The notes under the pieces are model-generated. The model was not told where the DNA came from. It worked only from the letters and a program-made list of their open reading frames with translations, and ran no database searches. DNA of 64,000 bases, taken from NCBI GenBank assembly GCA_050247075.1, contig JBFWUW010000020.1:26877-90876 (forward strand), in the 5' to 3' direction. This stretch comes from Pirellulales bacterium (GTDB lineage Bacteria > Planctomycetota > Planctomycetia > Pirellulales > JBFWUW01). Of the stretch, positions 57,948 through 64,000 are shown piece after piece (the stretch's first letter is position 1; each line of letters opens with the position of its first letter). A program made the translations under genes and the position numbers.

Positions 57948-58676
57948 TTATTTGAACGGCCAGTCCTTGCCGAGGGCGGCCCGTTGTTCGTCGCGCAAAC
58001 GGCCAATGCCGCCGCGGGCCAATTTGAGCAGGGACGCCAGTTCTTTCTCGCTAAACGTCGCTTCCTCGCCCGTCCCTTGGATCTCGACAAACCGGCCGTT
58101 GCCGGTCAGCACTACGTTCATATCGACTTCCGCCGCCACGTCCTCGCGATAATCCAGGTCAAGCAGCGGTTTGCCCTGCACCATGCCCACGCTAATCGCC
58201 GTGACGCTATCGCACAGCGGGTATTGCGCCGGGTTGGGCAGATCGCGAATGGACTTGATGGCATCGACCAGGGCGATGAACGCGCCGGTGATACTGGCGG
58301 TGCGCGTGCCGCCGTCGGCTTCCAGTACGTCGCAGTCAATGGCGATGGTCCGCTTACCGAGCGCGTCGAGGTCGATGATGGCCCGCAAGCTGCGGCCGAT
58401 CAACCGCTGAATCTCGGTAGTGCGGCCGTCGATCTTGCCGCCGCGGTCGCGCGGCTTGCGGGGCTGCGTGCTGCCTGGCAGCATGTTGTACTCCGCCGTG
58501 ACCCAGCCGCGGTTCTGGTCCTTCATCCAGGGGGGCACGCTTTCCTCGACACTGGCCGTGCAGAGGACCGTGGTTCCGCCGGCTGAAAACAGCACGCTCC
58601 CCGCCGCGGCCTTGGTATATCTGCGCTTGATACGGATAGGGCGCAGTTCGTCGTTCTTTCGGCCGTCGTGTCGCAT
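57948..58676 (-). CDS. rph: Ribonuclease PH
   Basis: [64 protein letters not shown]. Confidence 0.98.
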   Translation of the reverse strand: MRHDGRKNDELRPIRIKRRYTKAAAGSVLFSAGGTTVLCTASVEESVPPWMKDQNRGWVTAEYNMLPGSTQPRKPRDRGGKIDGRTTEIQRLIGRSLRAIIDLDALGKRTIAIDCDVLEADGGTRTASITGAFIALVDAIKSIRDLPNPAQYPLCDSVTAISVGMVQGKPLLDLDYREDVAAEVDMNVVLTGNGRFVEIQGTGEEATFSEKELASLLKLARGGIGRLRDEQRAALGKDWPFK

Positions 58677-58727
58677 GAGGCTTTCGCTGAGATGAATTGA
58701 ATGCGGAGGACTGCGCCCGCGGCCTTG

Positions 58728-59567
58728 TTATAGCCACAGGTGCAGCCGACCCTCGAACATGTCGGGCACGGCCCGTTCGATCGTTTCGCGGATCTGCTTA
58801 TTGTGATAGCGCGTGCTGAAATGGCTGGCGATGATCAGCTCGTTCTTGAACCGATCGCGGCGCTGCACGATGTCGTCCAGGTGCATATGGCCGTACTTGT
58901 GGATCTTTTCGCGGCGATGGCCCGGCGCGACAAAGGTCAGCTCGGTAATCAGCACTTCGGCCTCGAACATGGCCGGGCAACTATCAAGGCCCGCCGGCGA
59001 GGTATCGCCGGTAAAGGCCAGGATGGGTGTGCGGATTTCCTCGGTGATATCGGTCCCCGCCAGCCGCAGATCGCGAATTTGTTCCCCCGGCAGGCCCAGG
59101 TATTGTGGCCGCAACTTGCGCTTGCGGGTCCAAACGACGTAACCCAACGATGGAATTCGATGGGTCGTGGCGGACACGCTCACCACATGGTCGCGCGACA
59201 GTTCGATCTCGTCCCCCGGCCTGGCCGGTCTCAAATCGCAAGGCATCCGCCCGCCATCCAGCCGGGTGAACAGCCGCAGAATTTTTTGCACATGCTCGAT
59301 GGAGCCTTCTGGCAGATAGATGGTGGGGGGCTCCATCTTCATCATCCGCCGCCGCGCCACGTATACCGGCAAAGCCGCGATGTGGTCCAGATGCGTGTGC
59401 GTCACCAGCCAGGTCGAAGTGGCCATGAAAGCCCAAGGCTGCGCCCCAAAATCAAAGCCGATCTTGAGTTCGGGAATTCGCCAGTAGGTTTGCACGGCTG
59501 CCCGCGAGTACCCCTCAATGGTGATCTCTTTGTGCTTGAGCGACTTGACCGGCAGATTCTGCAACAT
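58728..59567 (-). CDS. MBL-fold hydrolase, short (TM/plant-type) tRNase Z-like
   Basis: IEGYSRAA, THTHLDH, HRIPSLGY, FTGDT, YGHMH, SHFSTRY. Confidence 0.8.
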   Translation of the reverse strand: MLQNLPVKSLKHKEITIEGYSRAAVQTYWRIPELKIGFDFGAQPWAFMATSTWLVTHTHLDHIAALPVYVARRRMMKMEPPTIYLPEGSIEHVQKILRLFTRLDGGRMPCDLRPARPGDEIELSRDHVVSVSATTHRIPSLGYVVWTRKRKLRPQYLGLPGEQIRDLRLAGTDITEEIRTPILAFTGDTSPAGLDSCPAMFEAEVLITELTFVAPGHRREKIHKYGHMHLDDIVQRRDRFKNELIIASHFSTRYHNKQIRETIERAVPDMFEGRLHLWL

Positions 59568-59699
59568 CGAAATTCCACAATAACGAGCATGGCGGCACCG
59601 CCCCGGGCCTGGGGCAGCCCGCGGCGGGGCAAGTCCGTCAGTTTAGAAGAGTTACTATCCAGGACAACCGCCCCGCGGCAAAAGTTCATCGTTGGCAAT

Positions 59700-59724
59700 C
59701 GCGGGCGGCGATTCCATCGCCGCT
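59700..59724 (+). repeat. Degenerate GTAG-type REP copy
   Basis: CGCGGGCGGCGAT-TCC-ATCGCCGCT. Confidence 0.65.
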
Positions 59725-59779
59725 GCCTGGAAGAGTCGTCGCCCGCCGGCTGCAATCCGCCGCGATCACTTTCGGCCCG

Positions 59780-59809
59780 TTGACCCTGTAGCGCATGCAG
59801 TCCTATAAT
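59780..59809 (+). promoter_or_regulatory. Sigma70-like promoter of sucCD
   Basis: TTGACC-N18-TATAAT, 42 nt upstream of the sucC ATG. Confidence 0.55.
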
Positions 59810-59851
59810 CGGCCCCTTGTCTTACACCTTGCCCTGGAAAGTGTCGCCAGC

Positions 59852-61045
59852 ATGAAGATCCACGAATACCAAGCCAAAGAGCTGCTCCGCAAGGCCGGCG
59901 TGGCCGTTCCACGGGGGATTGTCGCCCGCACCGCCGAGGAGGCCAAAGCGGCCTACAACACCCTGGGGGGCAAAATCGCCGTGGTCAAGGCGCAAATCCA
60001 CGCCGGCGGCCGCGGCAAAGGGACCGTGAAGAGCAACTCCCAGCAACGTGGCGTGCAGTTGGTGAAAAGCGCCGACGAAGCCGCCCAGGTGGCCGGCAAC
60101 TTGCTGGGCCAATCGCTGGTGACCATTCAAACCGGGCCGGAAGGGCAGGTGGTCCGCCAGGTGCTGGTGGAAGAGGGCTGTGACATTGCCCGCGAACTTT
60201 ATTTGGGGATTGTCGTCGATCGGGCTGCTTCGCAACCGGTGCTAATGGTCTCGCAAGAAGGGGGCATGGATATCGAACATGTGGCGGCCACCACGCCCGA
60301 GAAAATCTTCAAGGTCTGGTTTTCGCCCGATGGCGGCCTGCAAAGCTACCAGGTTCGCGAACTTTGCTGGCGGCTGGGTTTGCCGGCGGCCAGTGCCCGC
60401 TCGGCCGAGAAATTCATGAAGGCCCTGTGCCGTACTTTCGTGCAGTACGACGGCAGCCTCGTGGAGATCAACCCCCTGGTGGTCACGGGCAAGGGCGAAC
60501 TGCTGGCGCTCGACGCCAAAATGACCTTCGATGACAATGCCCTGATGCGGCACCCCGACATCGCCGAGCTGCGCGACGTGGCCGAAGAAGAACCGGCCGA
60601 AGTACGGGCGGGCAAGGCTGGCCTGAGCTACGTCAAGCTGGATGGCAACATCGGCTGCCTGGTCAACGGTGCAGGGCTGGCCATGAGCACGATGGATCTG
60701 ATCTTGCTGCACGGCGGCCAACCGGCCAATTTCCTGGATGTGGGGGGCGGGGCCAACGTCGATCAAGTGACCGAAGCCTTCCGCATTTTGCTGGACGACA
60801 AGAACTGCAAGGCGGTACTGGTGAATATCTTTGGCGGCATCATGCGTTGCACCACGATCGCCAACGCCGTCGTCGAGGCCTACAAAACGGTCGGCTTTAA
60901 CGTGCCCCTGGTGGTGCGGCTGGAAGGGACCGAGGTCGAGGAGGGCCGCAAGATATTGGCCAACGCCGGCATCAAAGTCACCACGGCGGAGGGCCTGACC
61001 GACGCCGCCAAGAAAGTCGTCGCCGCGGCGACTTCGGCTGCCTGA
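59852..61045 (+). CDS. sucC: Succinyl-CoA synthetase beta subunit
   Basis: [61 protein letters not shown]. Confidence 0.98.
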   Translation: MKIHEYQAKELLRKAGVAVPRGIVARTAEEAKAAYNTLGGKIAVVKAQIHAGGRGKGTVKSNSQQRGVQLVKSADEAAQVAGNLLGQSLVTIQTGPEGQVVRQVLVEEGCDIARELYLGIVVDRAASQPVLMVSQEGGMDIEHVAATTPEKIFKVWFSPDGGLQSYQVRELCWRLGLPAASARSAEKFMKALCRTFVQYDGSLVEINPLVVTGKGELLALDAKMTFDDNALMRHPDIAELRDVAEEEPAEVRAGKAGLSYVKLDGNIGCLVNGAGLAMSTMDLILLHGGQPANFLDVGGGANVDQVTEAFRILLDDKNCKAVLVNIFGGIMRCTTIANAVVEAYKTVGFNVPLVVRLEGTEVEEGRKILANAGIKVTTAEGLTDAAKKVVAAATSAA

Positions 61046-61106
61046 ACAAATGATTGCGAAGTTAGCCCAAGCCCTTTAAGAAATTGCCGTCACGCCAGAG
61101 AACTCC

Positions 61107-61988
61107 ATGAGCATTCTGATCAACAAAGATACCCGCGTCCTCTGTCAAGGCATCACCGGCAAGGTGGGGCAGTTCCACACCAAGGGCTGCAAGGAATACG
61201 GCACCAAAATGGTGGGCGGGGTCACGCCCGGCAAAGGGGGCGAAACGGTCGAGGGGCTGCCCGTCTTTGACACCGTGGCCGAAGCGGTCGAAAAGACCAA
61301 GGCCAACGCCACTATGATCTTCGTGCCGGCCGCCTTTACCGCTGACGCCATTCTGGAAGCACTCGATGCCGGCATCGCCACCATCATCGCCATTACCGAA
61401 GGGGTGCCCGTGCTGGACATGGCCCGCGTTTTTCCGCGGATCAAGGCCAGCAAGTCGGTGTTGATCGGGCCGAACTGCCCCGGTGTGATTACGCCGGGCG
61501 AATGCAAGATCGGTATTATGCCGGGCTATATCCACAAGCCAGGCCCCATCGGCGTGATGAGCCGTTCCGGCACTCTAACTTACGAGGCCGTGTTTCAGCT
61601 TAGCGGCTTGGGCCTGGGCCAATCGACTTGCGTCGGGCTGGGGGGAGACCCGATCGTCGGTACGTCCTTCATCGACCTGCTGGAGATGTACCAAAACGAC
61701 CCCCAGACCGAAGCGATCTTGATGATGGGTGAAATCGGCGGCACCGCCGAGGAAGAAGCCGCCGCCTATGTCAAGGACCACGTCACCAAGCCGGTGGCGG
61801 CCTTCATCGCCGGCCGCGCCGCCCCTCCGGGCAAGCGAATGGGCCATGCCGGGGCGATCATCTCCGGCGGCAAGGGGACCGCCGCTGAAAAGGTCGCCGC
61901 GCTGGAAGCCGCCGGCATTGAAGTCGCCGAAAGCCCCGCCGACATGGGCACCGCCATGCAGAGGGCGATTGCCAAACACAAGAAATAG
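61107..61988 (+). CDS. sucD: Succinyl-CoA synthetase alpha subunit
   Basis: [42 protein letters not shown]. Confidence 0.98.
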   Translation: MSILINKDTRVLCQGITGKVGQFHTKGCKEYGTKMVGGVTPGKGGETVEGLPVFDTVAEAVEKTKANATMIFVPAAFTADAILEALDAGIATIIAITEGVPVLDMARVFPRIKASKSVLIGPNCPGVITPGECKIGIMPGYIHKPGPIGVMSRSGTLTYEAVFQLSGLGLGQSTCVGLGGDPIVGTSFIDLLEMYQNDPQTEAILMMGEIGGTAEEEAAAYVKDHVTKPVAAFIAGRAAPPGKRMGHAGAIISGGKGTAAEKVAALEAAGIEVAESPADMGTAMQRAIAKHKK

Positions 61989-61990
61989 TG

Positions 61991-62043
61991 CGTGGGCGAT
62001 GATTCCATCGCCGACGTATGCAGGAGGCGGTTCCATCGCCGAT
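61991..62043 (+). repeat. Direct doublet of degenerate REPs
   Basis: CGTGGGCGATGATTCCATCGCCGAC (61991-62015) and TGCAGGAGGCGGTTCCATCGCCGAT (62019-43). Confidence 0.75.
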
Positions 62044-62062
62044 TAGTGCCGCGCTCTACGGC

Positions 62063-63592
62063 TTAAGATCGCTTGGCAATCCGGTCGCGCCAGTGGTCGA
62101 GCTGTTCGCGGCTGAGGCTGTTTTCCCGCTGAATTTCTTGCGTTACGCGTTTTTCGGTCCCTTCCACCTTGACGGAGACGGTCAGGCGGCCGTCGGCTCC
62201 GTATTCAAACCGCACGTTCACGGCGCTCTTGGCGGGCAAATCCTTGGGCAGGTCGCGAATGACGCATTTGCCCAGCGCAGTGCAGCTATCGGGTGAAGGG
62301 CTTTCGCCTTCCACGATCTGTACCAACACCGAATCCTGGCCGGCGCTCTTGGTCATGAACTTACGCTCCGCCCGGGTCGGCAGGGTTGTATTGCGCGGGA
62401 TTAGCTGCGCCACGCGCTTGCGGCCGGTGGCGGGGTCGGTCCCCACGATACCCAGGCTGTGCGAATTGACGTTTTTGATCTTGAAGGGGGGCGGCTCGCC
62501 GTTGCTTTGGGCGATAATCAGCCCGGCCCGCAAGGCCGCGCCGTGCCCGACGGCCTCGTCGGCCGAAACCGACGTGTCGGGTTCTTTGCCGGTAAGCTGC
62601 TTGAGCATGTTGCGAATCATCGGCATCCGCGAGGATCCCCCCACCATTAGCACGCGGTCGATCTGGCCCCAATCCAACCCGGCGGCTTGCAACGCCTGCC
62701 GCGTGGTGAACCGCGTGCGGTCGACCAGATCGAAGGTCATTTCCTCGTACTTTTCGCGGGTGACTTCCACGCGTGCGGCCATTCCCATGTAGTCGCAAGT
62801 AATGGTGGCCTTGCCGCGGGCCGAAAGGGTCCGCTTGGCGTCCTCGCACTCGCGCCACAGGCGGCCGGTCGCACCTGCGTCGGTGCGGGGGTCTAGTCCG
62901 TGCTGGCGGGCAAATTCCTCGGCCACAAGATCGACCAACCGGTAGTCAAAGTCGCGACCGCCCAATTGCACGTCGCCGTCGGTCGCCAAAGCCTGAAAAT
63001 TGGTGCCGTTAATGTCCATCACGGTAACGTCGAACGTGCCCCCCCCCAGGTCATACACCAGAACCTTTTGCGGCTTGCTGGACGATCCTTGCGGGTTCAA
63101 AAAGCCCTGCTGGTACCCAAACGAGACCGCTGCACTAGTCGGCTCGTTGATGATGTCCATGACTTCCAGGCCGGCCATGTAGCCGGCGTCTTGAGTCGAT
63201 TTGCGGCGGACCTCGTCAAAGTAGGCCGGCACGGTGACAACCACCTTGGTAAAGTCCCCCAATTGGCGGCGGGCGTCGTCGGCCAGTTTCTTGAGGATGT
63301 ATGCCTGAATCACCTCGGGCGGATATTGCTTGCCATCCAAGGTCTTGTGGAACATCGCCTGTCCCAAATCGCGTTTGGCGAAGTCGGCGATCCGCGCGGC
63401 CTCGGTAGCCATGGCTTTGACCGCTTCCTTGCCGACCACCACATCGTCCCCATCGAACAGCACCACGCTGGGGGTGGTTAAGTCACCCTCGGCGTTGACC
63501 AGCGTGATAGGCCGGCCGGTCTCGTCCAGGTGTGAGATAATGGAGAACGTGGTCCCCAAGTCGATGCCAACAGCGGGAATGCGCGTAGCCAT
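62063..63592 (-). CDS. Hsp70-family protein, short form lacking most of the alpha-helical lid
   Basis: GIDLGTT, TVPAYF, INEPTSAA, YDLGGGTFD, LGGRDFD, VGGSSRMP; SBD-beta present; only 509 aa. Confidence 0.92.
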   Translation of the reverse strand: MATRIPAVGIDLGTTFSIISHLDETGRPITLVNAEGDLTTPSVVLFDGDDVVVGKEAVKAMATEAARIADFAKRDLGQAMFHKTLDGKQYPPEVIQAYILKKLADDARRQLGDFTKVVVTVPAYFDEVRRKSTQDAGYMAGLEVMDIINEPTSAAVSFGYQQGFLNPQGSSSKPQKVLVYDLGGGTFDVTVMDINGTNFQALATDGDVQLGGRDFDYRLVDLVAEEFARQHGLDPRTDAGATGRLWRECEDAKRTLSARGKATITCDYMGMAARVEVTREKYEEMTFDLVDRTRFTTRQALQAAGLDWGQIDRVLMVGGSSRMPMIRNMLKQLTGKEPDTSVSADEAVGHGAALRAGLIIAQSNGEPPPFKIKNVNSHSLGIVGTDPATGRKRVAQLIPRNTTLPTRAERKFMTKSAGQDSVLVQIVEGESPSPDSCTALGKCVIRDLPKDLPAKSAVNVRFEYGADGRLTVSVKVEGTEKRVTQEIQRENSLSREQLDHWRDRIAKRS

Positions 63593-63755
63593 GAAGATCG
63601 CAGGGAGTCGAAAATGTTCGGGAAAACGTGACTCGTTGACTGTAGCAACCGCCGCCGCCCGTCACAAGGTAAACGCCCCCCGCGCGTTGGAAGCGGAGGT
63701 AAAGGACAGGGAAAGTTTTCAGCCATCAGCCTTTCGCCTTTCCCTTCACTGCCGA

Positions 63756-63784
63756 TTGACACATTTTAGGCCATATTCTATGTT
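63756..63784 (+). promoter_or_regulatory. Sigma70-like promoter pointing out of the window
   Basis: TTGACA-N17-TATGTT. Confidence 0.45.
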
Positions 63785-64000
63785 TTACGTGGCTGTCACC
63801 CGTAGCAGGTCATACAAAGATGTTCGCCCCCGCCGCCAGATTGGTCACGGTTTTTGCCACAGCGCGGCAGCGTTTTGGCGCAGACGGCATCATTGGCGTA
63901 TTCGGACGGATTATTGAACGGAGCATTATTCCCGAGGAGCGACCTTAAGGGCCCCTGCTGAAATATTATTCGACAGCCAGCCCCAAGGTCGGAACCGGCC

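Noticed and set aside
63820-63948. 42-codon ORF downstream of the terminal promoter
   Set aside because: Short, no SD or motif; may be a 5' leader of a gene outside the window
1-64000. tRNA, rRNA, integrase or transposase genes
   Set aside because: No cloverleaf/T-loop signatures, rRNA-like tracts or recombinase motifs were recognised in the intergenic regions or ORFs

Overview
GC-rich bacterial chromosomal window, very probably from a planctomycete (Pirellulales-like). This is inferred from the TPR-FG-GAP-ASPIC/UnbV proteins, PQQ-like propellers and 'FDPYHKWLGIP' domain proteins. About 45 CDSs can be supported. Housekeeping genes: obgE, rpmA, pcrA/uvrD, rph, an RNase Z-like hydrolase, sucCD, coaX and lutABC. 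Also present: an MdtABC-type RND pump, a two-component pair, two tandem RlaP-like nucleotidyltransferases and many lineage-specific exported or membrane proteins. I found no rRNA, tRNA, CRISPR array or intact transposase. Most notable: (i) an HPD-less J-like domain shared by a large membrane-anchored multidomain protein and a membrane-anchored pseudokinase, in a window that also encodes a lid-less Hsp70; (ii) a ~132-bp tandem repeat built from (G/C)TGGAACAGGTA motifs next to an AT-rich operator-like stretch and a TA-flanked MITE-like element; (iii) a leaderless Cys-rich ORF followed by a secreted (CC-X5)n protein; (iv) a dispersed GTAG-type REP family with compensatory stem changes, plus palindromic repeats absorbed into coding sequences. 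All calls come from reading motifs by eye; no database searches were run.
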